Origin: Bacteroidales bacterium
GTDB taxonomy: Bacteria; Bacteroidota; Bacteroidia; Bacteroidales; VadinHA17
NCBI GenBank assembly: GCA_033791445.1
Contig: JASJGS010000243.1
Location: forward strand, 3,069-67,068
Reading direction: 5' to 3'
DNA: 64,000 bases
In this document: piece after piece, positions 1-10,864 of the stretch
How the letters are laid out: each line of letters begins with the position of its first letter
Numbering within the stretch: position 1 is the first letter of the stretch
The notes under the pieces: generated by a model
Told to the model about the DNA's origin: nothing
The model's input: only the letters and a program-made list of their open reading frames with translations
Databases searched by the model: none
Program-made: the position numbers and the translations under genes

Positions 1-29
1 ATGGAATAAATTATTGTGTGAATAAAATG

Positions 30-37
30 TACTTTTG
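30..37 (+). promoter_or_regulatory. Bacteroidota housekeeping sigma -7 box (TAnnTTTG)
   Basis: TACTTTTG about 50 nt upstream of the CDS at 87. Confidence 0.5.
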
Positions 38-86
38 ATAGATAATAAAGCTTCTTAAATTGAATATTTAATTAAAATACAAATTC

Positions 87-689
87 ATGAAAAACTTAAT
101 TCTTCTCACAGTGGTATTGTTCCTAGGAATAGGAATTAATCTTCAGGCCGGGGAACCTGATCTGCAGAAAATATTCAACGGAAAAGATTTTACCGGATGG
201 CAGGTGCCGGATAATAACATTTGGTGGACCATTCATGATGGGGTTTTAAAAACTAAGAGCGATCCTGAAAAAACCGCTTCAATTTTATGGACCACCAAAG
301 AATATACTGATTTTATAATTGAGGTAGACTTCAAATTCGGAGAAGGAACTGTTGATTCCGGAGTTTTCCTTCGTGACATTAATGAGCAAATCCAAATGGG
401 GATTTCTGGCAAGTACAAAAGGGATATGACCTGCTCTCCATATATTGGCAGTCTTGGTGATTACCCCGTTGAAGCAAAAGGAATCAAAGAGCTTCTCAAA
501 TCCGATGACTGGAATACTATGCGTATCAAAGCAGATGGGAATAATTACACAGTATGGCTGAATGGAAAAAAGGTAATGAAATATACCTCAGATACTGCCA
601 TTGAGAAGGGCCCTATAGGGCTGCAGCTCCATGGAAACAAAGTAATGGATATTGAATTCCGCAATATTCTGTGTGCTGAAATTAAATAA
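87..689 (+). CDS. DUF1080 / 3-keto-disaccharide hydrolase family protein, secreted
   Basis: Signal peptide; IFNGKDFTGW, DSGVFLR, DWNTMRI and GPIGLQLHG..IEFRNI motifs typical of DUF1080. Confidence 0.85.
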   Translation: MKNLILLTVVLFLGIGINLQAGEPDLQKIFNGKDFTGWQVPDNNIWWTIHDGVLKTKSDPEKTASILWTTKEYTDFIIEVDFKFGEGTVDSGVFLRDINEQIQMGISGKYKRDMTCSPYIGSLGDYPVEAKGIKELLKSDDWNTMRIKADGNNYTVWLNGKKVMKYTSDTAIEKGPIGLQLHGNKVMDIEFRNILCAEIK

Positions 690-726
690 ATAGAAGAGTT
701 ATCTCTTTAATTATCAGGAGGACTGG

Positions 727-1689
727 ATGAAATATCTAAATTTAGGAAATAAGGGACCAAAGGTTTCTACTATGGGTTTTGGTGCCTGGGCAATTGGTGG
801 CATGAACTGGGGAAAAACAGATGATGAGGTATCTATAAGAGCCCTCAACGAAGCCATAGACCAGGGAGTGACTTTTATTGATACGGCTGATGTGTATGGT
901 TTTGGACATTCCGAAGAATTGATTTCAAAAGTAATTAAAGAAGGTGGCAAAGAAAATATAGTTATAGCCACCAAGGCAGGAAATGACTTTTACAATGCCT
1001 CCTCTGACGATGATGAGGGTTATGGGGCCATAAAGCAAACCTATACCAAAAAATACCTGATTTCTGCTGCTGAAAAAAGCCTGAAGAGATTAAATCTGGA
1101 TACACTGGATATACTTCAACTACATAGCCCCGACCTGGAAAAGCTTGAGAGGGACGAGCCCTGGCTGGCCCTTGAACAACTAAAGAAAGATGGAAAAATC
1201 AAACATGCAGGCTTGAGTATTCAATCATTTAAAGAAACTGAACAGGCACATTTACTCGACCAACATTATGATATTCTAGACTGCATTCAGGTACGTTATA
1301 ATTTACTGGAAAGACAGGCCGAGGAGTTGCTTTTTCCCAAAGCCATGGAATATGGAATTGGTGTAATTGTACGAATCCCTCTTTTATTTGGGTTCTTAAC
1401 CGGGAAATTTGATTCCAAATCGACATTTACGGAAGACGATCACCGAAATATGAACCTATCACCAGAAAAACTAAAGACCTATCTTGAAGGTCTAAAAGAA
1501 GTACAAGCCTTGTTTGATTATTACAGCGACCAAAGTAAAACCCAGGTTAGCCTTCGATTTTGTATCTCTCATCCAGCCTGCCACACGGCCATTCCGGGTG
1601 CAAAGACAAAGGAGCAGGTAGCAGAAAATTGTTCTGCTTCAGACCTGGGACCTATCCCTCAGGATATATTGGACTCAATGCTGAAGTAA
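727..1689 (+). CDS. Aldo/keto reductase
   Basis: GFGAWAIGG, FIDTADVYG, IATKAG, SLKRL..LDILQLH, IPGAK motifs. Confidence 0.92.
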   Translation: MKYLNLGNKGPKVSTMGFGAWAIGGMNWGKTDDEVSIRALNEAIDQGVTFIDTADVYGFGHSEELISKVIKEGGKENIVIATKAGNDFYNASSDDDEGYGAIKQTYTKKYLISAAEKSLKRLNLDTLDILQLHSPDLEKLERDEPWLALEQLKKDGKIKHAGLSIQSFKETEQAHLLDQHYDILDCIQVRYNLLERQAEELLFPKAMEYGIGVIVRIPLLFGFLTGKFDSKSTFTEDDHRNMNLSPEKLKTYLEGLKEVQALFDYYSDQSKTQVSLRFCISHPACHTAIPGAKTKEQVAENCSASDLGPIPQDILDSMLK

Positions 1690-1729
1690 AAATTCAATTG
1701 TATTGATTATTTAAACTAAATGACTGATA

Positions 1730-3181
1730 ATGAAAATATTAATCGTCTCATTTATTTTTGGCTTTTTTTGCATTTTCCCCTTGGCTTCACAAACAAATTC
1801 AATTATTGAGAATGAAGAGTTTAGCTCAAATATAAAGGTATTGGAATTGTGGATTGATGCACAGATGGAATTCCGGGAGCTTCCCGGCATGTCTATTGGA
1901 ATCATATATGACCAGGAATTGATTTATGCAAAGGGTTTTGGATATAGCAATCTGGAACAAAAAACATCTGCCACACCCCAAACAGTTTACAGGATAGCAT
2001 CCATAACAAAAACCTTTACGGCTACAGCGCTCATGCAATTGAGAGATGAAGGTAAACTTAGCCTGGATGATCCGATTAAAAAATATCTTCCCTGGTTTTC
2101 CATTAAAAACTCTTTTCCCGATGCACCGGAAATTACAATTCGACAATTAATCACCCATACATCAGGACTTCCTCGTGAAGCTGCTTTTCCATACTGGACA
2201 GACCGTAATTTTCCCAGCATAGAAGAAATTGCCAGTGCCCTGCCGAAACAGGAAATGATTTATGCCTCAGAAACGGTGTACAAATACTCAAACCTGGGGC
2301 TTGCCCTTGCTGGTGAAATTGTATCAGTAGTTTCTGGCATGCCTTATGATGAATATATAAAGGAAAATATATTTGACCCTTTAAAAATGAAAAGTTCCCG
2401 TGTTTTTCTTTCGGAAAGGGAAAAAAGTGAAATAGCTACCCCATATACAAAACGATTATCGGATGGCAACCGTGAGGTTATGCCTTTTACAAATTCAAAA
2501 GGCCTAACACCGGCGGCCAATATTTCATCAAATGTTGAAGATCTTTCTCAATATATTTCTCTTCAATTTGGAAATGGCAAAAAAGAAGGTACCCAAATAC
2601 TAAAAGGAAGTACTTTACAAGAGATGCATCGAGTTCAGTGGTTGCACGATAGCTGGACCAGTGGGCAAGGATTGGGATTTCGGGTTTGGAAACAGGGTGA
2701 TAATACGGCGGTAGGGCATGGTGGCTGGGTAGCTGGTAACCGTACCCAAATATCATTTATTCCAAAAGAAAAAGTAGGCGTAATTGTAATGACCAATTCT
2801 GATGATGGGAGTCCTAATTTTTTTGCTTCAAGGATCCTTTCACAGTTTACTCCAATTTTAAGTAAGGCTTTTGATGAAGAAAAACCAAGTCCGGAATTTG
2901 ACCCTTCCTGGAAAAAATTTGTTGGTACTTATATTGATCCTTCGTATTACGAGACAGAAATTTTAATTTATAACAATGCTCTGGTAATGAGCGGATTTAG
3001 CTTCCCTCCTGAAGACAATCCTACCAGTGAAATTGTAGTCCTTACTCCAGAGGGGGAAAACACCTTTCGAAGGTCAGGAGAAAACGGGAATGGAGAACTT
3101 GTAATTTTTGAGCTAGATGAAAATGACAAAGTTGTAAAGGTAAAAACAGGCGAGAATTATATTTTTCCTAAAAAACAATAA
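1730..3181 (+). CDS. Serine hydrolase, beta-lactamase/PBP-like (AmpC-fold) family, secreted
   Basis: Signal peptide; SxxK (IASITK), LITHTSG, YSN and HGG motifs plus a C-terminal extension. Confidence 0.88.
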   Translation: MKILIVSFIFGFFCIFPLASQTNSIIENEEFSSNIKVLELWIDAQMEFRELPGMSIGIIYDQELIYAKGFGYSNLEQKTSATPQTVYRIASITKTFTATALMQLRDEGKLSLDDPIKKYLPWFSIKNSFPDAPEITIRQLITHTSGLPREAAFPYWTDRNFPSIEEIASALPKQEMIYASETVYKYSNLGLALAGEIVSVVSGMPYDEYIKENIFDPLKMKSSRVFLSEREKSEIATPYTKRLSDGNREVMPFTNSKGLTPAANISSNVEDLSQYISLQFGNGKKEGTQILKGSTLQEMHRVQWLHDSWTSGQGLGFRVWKQGDNTAVGHGGWVAGNRTQISFIPKEKVGVIVMTNSDDGSPNFFASRILSQFTPILSKAFDEEKPSPEFDPSWKKFVGTYIDPSYYETEILIYNNALVMSGFSFPPEDNPTSEIVVLTPEGENTFRRSGENGNGELVIFELDENDKVVKVKTGENYIFPKKQ

Positions 3182-3195
3182 GCTCCATTAAAACT

Positions 3196-3711
3196 TTACT
3201 TTAGTTTACCCTGTTTTTTAAAGGTTTCCATGAGCATACTATTGTCTCGTGGGTCTGGATCAATGGGGAAATCATCAGGGGTACTGGGGTATCCCAGGTT
3301 AATTGAAATCTGATTGGTAAGATAAGGCAAGGGGTCAATGGTTACCGAATGGAAACAGGTTGAACTTGAATATCCGGGCTTAAAAAATCCGGAATAAATT
3401 ATTTCCCTATCCACCGTCATACAAAATGGGGTACCATCATGAATAGATTCCAGTTTTGCCATACCATCATCTTTAAGAATCATTTTATGCTCAGCATGCA
3501 AATAGGAATGAATATCATCATTGCTGATTAGTTCCGAATCTTTTAATACTATGGAGGATGTCACAATCTCACAGCGATTGGTTACCAGACTGTATTCCTT
3601 CAAAAGGTATATTTCAACAGTTTCTCCAGCCTCAGAACTTTCTTTGTTACATCCTGAATACAATAAACCCAGGACAATCAATAATAAGAGATTCCTAAAA
3701 TACTTCCACAT
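3196..3711 (-). CDS. Hypothetical lipoprotein
   Basis: The ATG at 3711 (MWKYFRNLLLLIVLGLLYSGC) gives a lipobox and avoids the overlap with the upstream gene; the ORF track start at 3765 is probably too long. Confidence 0.7.
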   Translation of the reverse strand: MWKYFRNLLLLIVLGLLYSGCNKESSEAGETVEIYLLKEYSLVTNRCEIVTSSIVLKDSELISNDDIHSYLHAEHKMILKDDGMAKLESIHDGTPFCMTVDREIIYSGFFKPGYSSSTCFHSVTIDPLPYLTNQISINLGYPSTPDDFPIDPDPRDNSMLMETFKKQGKLK

Positions 3712-3712
3712 T

Positions 3713-5983
3713 TTAACTTCTGGTTTTAAGAATTTGATGTAATTTTTCAATAAACTGTTCCACATTTGAACGGTTAAAGCACATTGGTGGCTTAATCTTT
3801 AAAATATTTTCATAGGGGCCATCCGTTCCGCTTAAAATAAAACTATTCTTCAACTGATTTTTTACAAAGGAGGCCAATTCTGTATTCGCAACCAGATTTT
3901 CATCCACAAATTCTATGCCCAAAAACAATCCCAGGCCACGAATATCTCCCATGGCTGGAAATTGTTTTTGCAGCGATTCTAATTCCTTTACAAAATATTC
4001 TCCTGTATCTCTGGCATGTTCCGATAATTTCTCCTCTTCTATCACCTCCAGGACCGCTTTTGCTGCTGCACAGGAAACTGAATTTCCGCCAAATGAACTG
4101 AATAACTCTATGCCGTTTGCAAAAGCATCTGCTATTCTTTCTGTAGTTACAACAGCTGCAACAGGGTGACCATTTCCCATAGGTTTTCCAAGTACTACAA
4201 TGTCGGGTATAATATCATGCATCTGAAATCCCCAAAAATATTCTCCCAGCCTTCCAAAGCCAGTTTGAACCTCATCAATTATGCTTAAGATATTATGTTC
4301 CTCAAAATAGGATTTCATTGCTTTCAAATAACCCGGTGCCAAGGGAACCTGTCCACCACAACCCGAAATAGACTCTCCGATAAAGGCTGAAGGAATTATA
4401 CCCTTCCCAATTAAATTATCAATTACTCCAGTTGCCTCTTTCCCATATGAATCAGCATCAGAAAACTTGCCATTGTATAGCTTAGGAAGTGAAAGTTTTG
4501 TAACCTTATCTGATAACCCCCTACCCCCTTTTCCATCAAATTTATAGGAGCTAACATTTATTCCAGTATTGGTAATTCCATGATATCCCTGATCCAATAC
4601 AAGCATATGCTCTCTTCCTGTGAAGACATTGGCCATTCGTATGGCCAGGTCGGTTGCTTCGCTGCCAGAGTTTACCAGAAATACCTTATTAAGAGTTGGT
4701 GGGAAGTATGTAAGTAGTTTCTGGGTGTAATCAACAAATGTATCGTAAACATAGCGTGTATTCGTGTTGAGCAGGCGAAGTTGTTTGGAAATTGCCTTCG
4801 AAACCGAAGGGTGGCAATGCCCAACATGAGGAATATTGTTGTAAGCATCAAGATAGGTATTCCCCTCCTGATCGTACATATACTGGAAGCTTGCCCCAGT
4901 CATATAGATGGGAGTGTGGTAGCTCAATCTTAACGATTTTCCCGTATTCCTTTCTCGTGCAGAAACTAATTTCTTTTTTATCTCTTTATAATCTCCAGAT
5001 TTATAACCTGCTGCTTCTAAAAATTGCTCCTGAACCCAAACAGGATTGATAGTTATCCATTTTTCCATAAGGCTCCAGGCCGGTTTCTCGCTAATAAGGA
5101 TATATTCAGTATCCTCACCTTTTGCTTTCGCTACAGCAGAACTACACAAGCTAACACACAACCGAGCCGGAACAAGATAGTAAATCATCTTCAACTCTTT
5201 TTCGGTCAATGGATATATCGCCTGATATCCTTCAATGAGTTTTTTAGCGGCCTGGATTGGCTTTTCCTTTTCAAACATAATATAGCTAAGGGCAATAGCC
5301 AATTCATTTACCAGGGGAGAATAGCAAATATCCCCAAAATCAATTACTCCGTTAATTATTTTACCATCTGTGAGTACATTCTGGATATTTAAGTCGCCAT
5401 GAATAATGCTGTATCTTAAATCTTGAAGATGGGGCAATACAAATTGTTCATATTGATCAAAAAAGTATTCAACTAACTTCCTTTTTTCTGGCTCTTGAAT
5501 ATATTTTGCTTTTGACTTATTTAACAGGTTGTGCTGCAAGTCCCATAATAATTTTCGGCTTTCAATAGCCGAGCTTCTCTTATCCTTTAAGCTGACATTC
5601 AGCTCTGCAATAGCTTTCCCAAAATTAAAGAGTAAGGTGTCAGAATGTCTCACCTCATCCAGAAATTGCCCTTCAATAAAGGGAACAAGCCTTGAAAATG
5701 TTTGATCATTGTGTTCATGTATGGCTTTCCCTTTTCTATTTAAGGATATTGGAAGTTGAAAGGGTAGTTTAGGTGAAATCTCATCAAGTATTTTGTTTTC
5801 CGCTTGAATCAATTCAAGCTCTCTAATATCTCGATAGTGTTTTAAAACAAAAAATTCATTTTCTTCTGTCTGAATTTTATAATTATGAGAAATATAGCCT
5901 TCAAGCTTATCTATTCTTACCGGTGCGATATTATATGATTGCAATAAATGTTCCACAGAAATAGATTGTGTATTCTTTACCAA
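3713..5983 (-). CDS. Fused phosphotransferase (APH/hydroxylysine-kinase-like) and class III PLP aminotransferase/phospho-lyase
   Basis: N-half HGDLN..NVL and IDFGD; C-half YLDAYNN.PHVGHCHP, VNSGSEA, DEVQTGFGR, LGKPMGNG, SSFGGN. Confidence 0.9.
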   Translation of the reverse strand: MVKNTQSISVEHLLQSYNIAPVRIDKLEGYISHNYKIQTEENEFFVLKHYRDIRELELIQAENKILDEISPKLPFQLPISLNRKGKAIHEHNDQTFSRLVPFIEGQFLDEVRHSDTLLFNFGKAIAELNVSLKDKRSSAIESRKLLWDLQHNLLNKSKAKYIQEPEKRKLVEYFFDQYEQFVLPHLQDLRYSIIHGDLNIQNVLTDGKIINGVIDFGDICYSPLVNELAIALSYIMFEKEKPIQAAKKLIEGYQAIYPLTEKELKMIYYLVPARLCVSLCSSAVAKAKGEDTEYILISEKPAWSLMEKWITINPVWVQEQFLEAAGYKSGDYKEIKKKLVSARERNTGKSLRLSYHTPIYMTGASFQYMYDQEGNTYLDAYNNIPHVGHCHPSVSKAISKQLRLLNTNTRYVYDTFVDYTQKLLTYFPPTLNKVFLVNSGSEATDLAIRMANVFTGREHMLVLDQGYHGITNTGINVSSYKFDGKGGRGLSDKVTKLSLPKLYNGKFSDADSYGKEATGVIDNLIGKGIIPSAFIGESISGCGGQVPLAPGYLKAMKSYFEEHNILSIIDEVQTGFGRLGEYFWGFQMHDIIPDIVVLGKPMGNGHPVAAVVTTERIADAFANGIELFSSFGGNSVSCAAAKAVLEVIEEEKLSEHARDTGEYFVKELESLQKQFPAMGDIRGLGLFLGIEFVDENLVANTELASFVKNQLKNSFILSGTDGPYENILKIKPPMCFNRSNVEQFIEKLHQILKTRS

Positions 5984-5996
5984 TTGGTTTATTTAA

Positions 5997-8462
5997 TTAT
6001 TTTGAGAGAGCAACCGGACTTTCTTCATTAGTAACTATTTTTGATAGAACAATCGTATATTCTCCGACTCTCAGCTCGAAGCAGCCATCTGCTTCAAGAT
6101 CTTTTTCTGGTGAATACTCTATCCCGCTAATTTTATCTAAAATTTCAATGTTTTGATCCATTCCGGCATGAAGATTCACTATAGCTATGCTTCCTTCAGG
6201 AACCAATATCTCAAAAACAATATGTCCGGCTTCCTCTACTTCCCAGTTGGAAACAATTTTTCCAAAAGGTGAATGGTATGTGCATTTTACATATTCCAGG
6301 CCATCGGGAAGAAGAGGTTCGATATAGAACTTTTCGAAGCCCGGGTTCTCAGGATCGGGTTTTATTCCACCCAACCACTTAAAAAACCATTCTGATACTG
6401 AACCGAACATAGGATGATTATTCGAATAGGTATTATCACTTTCTTTCCAGGTTTCCCACAGAGTGGTTGCCCCCTTATCTATCATAAATCCCCAGCCGGG
6501 ATATTCAGTGCTATTTACAACATTAAAAACCTCATTGGTTTTTCTCGCCCTGGAAAGGGTTTCAAGCATATATTTGGTACCAAATATCCCCGTATTGAGA
6601 TGACCTGTGGGTCCATTTTCCAATGCCATTGATAAAGAATCAATGGCTGCAAGAATATCATTTTGTGGAATGATATCATTATATAATAAAGTTGAAAAAA
6701 GGGTTTGTCGGTTTATCGGGTCCGGTATAGATTTACTCCAATACATTTCCGATAATTGACGGGTTAATTTTAAGGCTAACTTTTCAAAGTGCTCCTCAGA
6801 TTCCTCATCTCCCATAAGAGAAGCAAATTCTATCATAATAAGTGCACACTGAAGATAATGGTTGGTTCCTGTTAATTCAACCGGAACAGGTTCCATAGAC
6901 TCATGATCGCTTAAACCTTTCTTTACAATTCCATCAGGGTGTAAGTTGGCTACCTTATCCATCCATTTTAAATCAGCCTCATATAACTCTTTAACTATCT
7001 CCGTATCATTATAGTATAAATAAAGATTATACTGCGTAGTTAAAAATGCTGATTCCCAACTTATCCCACAATAATTTATTCCAACAAAAGGAGCCGTATC
7101 AATAAATATTGAATCATTCATTGCATCAAGCCAATCGTAAATAGTTTTACGATAAAAGGATTGCATATCAAAATTATAAATAAAGGACTCAGCTGTTGCA
7201 TTTAAGTCGCCTCCATACCCAAATTTTTCCCTCGCAGGGCAATCAGATTGAACACTTTGTAAGTTTGCAAGAAAGGTTCTAACAGTAGCCTCCTGAATTG
7301 AATTCAAAAGCTCAGAGGAACAGGAAAAGCTGCATTTGCTTTCAACATTTGTATTTAATGCCAAGCCCTCTATATCCGATACTTGAGGTTTCTTGCTTAT
7401 CCCTGAAATTTCCATATACCGCCAGGTATGAAATGTGAATACAGGGCTGTACCATACTTCCTTTTCGTTGCCAAATATATATGTGTCTGTCTGCCATGCA
7501 ATTTCTGGAGCTCCCGGCCCACCTTTGTCCGCTCTCTTAATCTGGCCTGCAACGGTAGTCATAGGATTTAGCTGACCATTGTCGTAGATTCTTTCACCAA
7601 ATCGAAAAGTTACTATATCCCCAGGATTACCTGATAATTTCACCCTGTATAAGCCAGTAAAATTCACTCCCATATCCACCAGAAAAGTGCTATTAGAAAG
7701 GCTAGAAATCTTCACTGGTTTCTTAATATCTGTAACTTGAATAGCAGGGAAAAAAGCCTTCTGCAACTCTCCACCAGGTCCGGGTAATTCACTCGAATGA
7801 CCCCATTGCTTATCATTATAACCTATCTTATTCCAGCCACTTAGTTCTTTTCTTGCATCATATACTTCACCCAGATAGACGTTGTTTCTTTGAATCGGTC
7901 CATAAGAATATTTCCAGGTCTTATCCGTCTCAATTGTTTCCCTCCTTCCATCAGCATATTCAATCTTCAGACTTGCAATAAATTGCGGTTTTCCAACAGG
8001 CAGGTGTTCTCTCAAATTCAGATGTCCCCACATCTTCAGGGGTAGTGGATTGTAAAAACCATTCCCTAAACTTATTCCTATACAATTTCTGCCCGGTATA
8101 AGGTCTTCAAGAAGGTCATATTCCGTATAATAAACCCTTTTCTCAAAATTTGTCCAGGCTGGTTCCAGGAAATTTTTTCCTATTTTTTCTCCATTTAAGG
8201 TGGCATTATAATAACCGGCTGAAGTAATAAAAAGCCTGGCCGATTTAAGCTCTTCTTTAATCTCAAATTCTTTACGAAAAATAGGAGCTGGATTATCTAA
8301 ATAAAAGAGTGAGTCGGCAGCAGGTAATTGTATTGAATCTCCAATCCATTTTGCATTCAGTAAATCAATTGATTTAGAATCATTTCCTTTATCCAAAGAA
8401 TTGTAACTACAGGAGTAGAAGGCTACTAAAATAAGAATTGAGAATATAATTGTTCTAAACAT
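5997..8462 (-). CDS. Alpha-L-rhamnosidase (GH78), lipoprotein
   Basis: Lipobox FYSC; FRKEF, GEVYDAR, SDCPAREKFGYGGD, GATTLWETW, SNNHPMFG motifs. Confidence 0.9.
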   Translation of the reverse strand: MFRTIIFSILILVAFYSCSYNSLDKGNDSKSIDLLNAKWIGDSIQLPAADSLFYLDNPAPIFRKEFEIKEELKSARLFITSAGYYNATLNGEKIGKNFLEPAWTNFEKRVYYTEYDLLEDLIPGRNCIGISLGNGFYNPLPLKMWGHLNLREHLPVGKPQFIASLKIEYADGRRETIETDKTWKYSYGPIQRNNVYLGEVYDARKELSGWNKIGYNDKQWGHSSELPGPGGELQKAFFPAIQVTDIKKPVKISSLSNSTFLVDMGVNFTGLYRVKLSGNPGDIVTFRFGERIYDNGQLNPMTTVAGQIKRADKGGPGAPEIAWQTDTYIFGNEKEVWYSPVFTFHTWRYMEISGISKKPQVSDIEGLALNTNVESKCSFSCSSELLNSIQEATVRTFLANLQSVQSDCPAREKFGYGGDLNATAESFIYNFDMQSFYRKTIYDWLDAMNDSIFIDTAPFVGINYCGISWESAFLTTQYNLYLYYNDTEIVKELYEADLKWMDKVANLHPDGIVKKGLSDHESMEPVPVELTGTNHYLQCALIMIEFASLMGDEESEEHFEKLALKLTRQLSEMYWSKSIPDPINRQTLFSTLLYNDIIPQNDILAAIDSLSMALENGPTGHLNTGIFGTKYMLETLSRARKTNEVFNVVNSTEYPGWGFMIDKGATTLWETWKESDNTYSNNHPMFGSVSEWFFKWLGGIKPDPENPGFEKFYIEPLLPDGLEYVKCTYHSPFGKIVSNWEVEEAGHIVFEILVPEGSIAIVNLHAGMDQNIEILDKISGIEYSPEKDLEADGCFELRVGEYTIVLSKIVTNEESPVALSK

Positions 8463-8500
8463 CTGGATGGGTTTAACTATTAAGGATTTTGCTTATATCT

Positions 8501-8508
8501 CAAAGATA
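8501..8508 (-). promoter_or_regulatory. -7 box for the GH78 operon
   Basis: TATCTTTG on the minus strand about 40 nt upstream of the ATG at 8462. Confidence 0.5.
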
Positions 8509-8644
8509 AGAAATATTGAAGATTGGGATTCCTTATTAATTTCAAAATAATTAGATTTGAATGATTTTAGCACATTTAGATCAACACTAAATTTCTACTC
8601 TGTGCCTTTAGATCTTTAAAATTAATCATTTATAAACTAAAATT

Positions 8645-10270
8645 ATGCGTATAGTATCTCTCTTTTTCATTGGATTTGTATTTTTTATTACGAGTTGCTC
8701 TATTGATTCAACCCAGGCAGGTAAAGATTATGATGTGGTGGTTTATGGAGGAACCTCTGCCGGCGTCTCGGCAGCTATTCAGGCGAAACGAATGGGAAAG
8801 ACGGTTGTTCTGGTTTGTCCTGATAAGCATCTGGGGGGAATGACTTCTGGTGGATTGGGATGGACTGATTTTGGTAGGAAAGAAACAGTTGGTGGATTTG
8901 CGCTTGAGTTCTATCAGGAACTTAAAAAACATTATGATAATCCTGATGCCTGGCTGTATCAAAAAGCATCAGAGTATTCACGATATAGAAAAGATGATAA
9001 GGCTATGTGGGTATTTGAACCCCATGTAGCTGAACAAGCATTTGAAAAGCTAATTGCAGATGCTGGAGTTCCCGTATTTCGAAATCAATGGCTTGACCGC
9101 GAGGCAGGTGTAAAAAAGGATGCAAACCAGATAATATCGATTACCATGCTAAGTGGAGAAACTTACAAAGGCCGTATCTTTATTGATGCCAGCTATGAAG
9201 GAGATTTAATGGCAGCAGCGGGAATTAGCTATACAACTGGGCGTGAGTCCAATGAAGTATACAATGAAACCTTAAACGGAGTTCAAAAAGAACGTGCTAT
9301 TTCTCATCAATTTGATTTCCCGGTTAGTCCATATGTTATTCCTGATGATCCAACAAGCGGCCTGGTTCCCCTTGTACATGATGGAAATCCGGGAGAAGAT
9401 GGAGAAGGTGATCATCGAATACAGGCTTATAATTTCCGAATGTGCCTGACAACAGCTCCCGAAAATAGCATTCCTTTTCCAAAACCAGAAAATTACGATG
9501 CGACTCAATATGAGCTACTGGCTCGCTATTTTGCAAAGGGATGGCGCAATGTGTTTAATAAATTCGATCCTGCACCCAATTGGAAAACCGATGTTAATAA
9601 TCATGGTGGATTTTCAACAGATAATATTGGTAAAAATTATAATTATCCTGAAGGCTCCTATGAGGAGCGACAAAAGATTATTAAGCAACACGAAGACTAT
9701 CAAAAAGGATTTTTATGGTTCCTGGCAAATGATTCACATGTTCCGGAAGAAATTCAAACGGAAATCAACAAATGGGGTTTATCCAAAGATGAATTTGTTG
9801 ATAACGGCAACTGGCCACATCAAATTTACGTTCGTGAAGCACGACGTATGATTGGTGATTTTGTAATGACCGAATTGCATCTACGTGGACTAAAACCTAC
9901 GACAAAATCAATTGGGATGGGTTCATACAATATGGATTCACACAATGTACAACGATATGTAGATGAAGATGGTAATGTTCGAAACGAAGGCGATATACAA
10001 ATTAACCCCGGAGGCCCCTACCAGATAAGTTATAGCAGTATTATACCAAAAGCTGAAGAAAGCACCAATTTGCTTGTCCCGGTTTGCCTGTCTTCTTCGC
10101 ACATAGCCTATGGCTCCATTAGAATGGAACCTGTTTTTATGGTGTTGGGTCAGTCGGCCGCAACAGCTGCTTCCCTGGCCATTGATGCTGGAATTGGGGT
10201 GCAGGATGTGGATTACACTGCATTAAAAGAAGTTCTCATTCGGGATAAACAGGTCCTGGATTTGGAATGA
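8645..10270 (+). CDS. FAD-dependent oxidoreductase (FAD_oxidored family), lipoprotein
   Basis: Lipobox ITSC; DVVVYGGTSAG, HLGGMTSGGLG, FIDASYEGDL, YVREARR, SIRMEP. Confidence 0.88.
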   Translation: MRIVSLFFIGFVFFITSCSIDSTQAGKDYDVVVYGGTSAGVSAAIQAKRMGKTVVLVCPDKHLGGMTSGGLGWTDFGRKETVGGFALEFYQELKKHYDNPDAWLYQKASEYSRYRKDDKAMWVFEPHVAEQAFEKLIADAGVPVFRNQWLDREAGVKKDANQIISITMLSGETYKGRIFIDASYEGDLMAAAGISYTTGRESNEVYNETLNGVQKERAISHQFDFPVSPYVIPDDPTSGLVPLVHDGNPGEDGEGDHRIQAYNFRMCLTTAPENSIPFPKPENYDATQYELLARYFAKGWRNVFNKFDPAPNWKTDVNNHGGFSTDNIGKNYNYPEGSYEERQKIIKQHEDYQKGFLWFLANDSHVPEEIQTEINKWGLSKDEFVDNGNWPHQIYVREARRMIGDFVMTELHLRGLKPTTKSIGMGSYNMDSHNVQRYVDEDGNVRNEGDIQINPGGPYQISYSSIIPKAEESTNLLVPVCLSSSHIAYGSIRMEPVFMVLGQSAATAASLAIDAGIGVQDVDYTALKEVLIRDKQVLDLE

Positions 10271-10363
10271 TCTATTTTGAAAGCGGATAATCACTTCATG
10301 AATTTCAGTATCTTGCAATAGAGATACACTGTATTTGTTTTATATAATATAACAACTTGAATA

Positions 10364-10825
10364 ATGCAACCAACTGATGCCTTTGCAGCTATAAGTACTT
10401 CAGATAAAATTGCCTCCTCCCTCTATAAGTGGATTACAGGCAACAGGGGATTTAAAAGAACTGTGGCTCTTGAGTTAAAAGAAAATATTGAACTCATTCG
10501 TTTATATAAAAAAAGTGGGGCTGATCCGAAAGAAATTATACCAAGGCTAAATGATGATGCTTTCAGGAAAGCACTAGCATCAGGATTTAACTTTAATGCA
10601 TTAAAACGATCTAAGATCAGCAGTACAAGCACCAAGAATTTGCCACAATTAAGAAAATATCACGGATGGACTACACAAAAAGTATTTGAAAATGTCTACC
10701 TGAAGGTGAGCACCCTAAAACATGCTGCTGAGTTAAAAGCTACTCGTAAACCCATTCGTTTAGGTGTGCGTTTACAAAACCTATTTAAAATGATGGTCAT
10801 GCTGGCTACCCATATTGGCAGTTAG
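10364..10825 (+). CDS. Hypothetical basic protein
   Basis: 153 aa ORF with A-rich leader filling the gap between same-strand genes; no motif recognised. Confidence 0.6.
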   Translation: MQPTDAFAAISTSDKIASSLYKWITGNRGFKRTVALELKENIELIRLYKKSGADPKEIIPRLNDDAFRKALASGFNFNALKRSKISSTSTKNLPQLRKYHGWTTQKVFENVYLKVSTLKHAAELKATRKPIRLGVRLQNLFKMMVMLATHIGS

Positions 10826-10864
10826 ATACAAGCAGACAGAACAATACCTAAGTTATATTAGGAA

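Noticed and set aside
1730-3181. Class C beta-lactamase resistance gene
   Set aside because: The third motif is HGG rather than KTG and there is a long C-terminal extension; a generic serine hydrolase is the safer call
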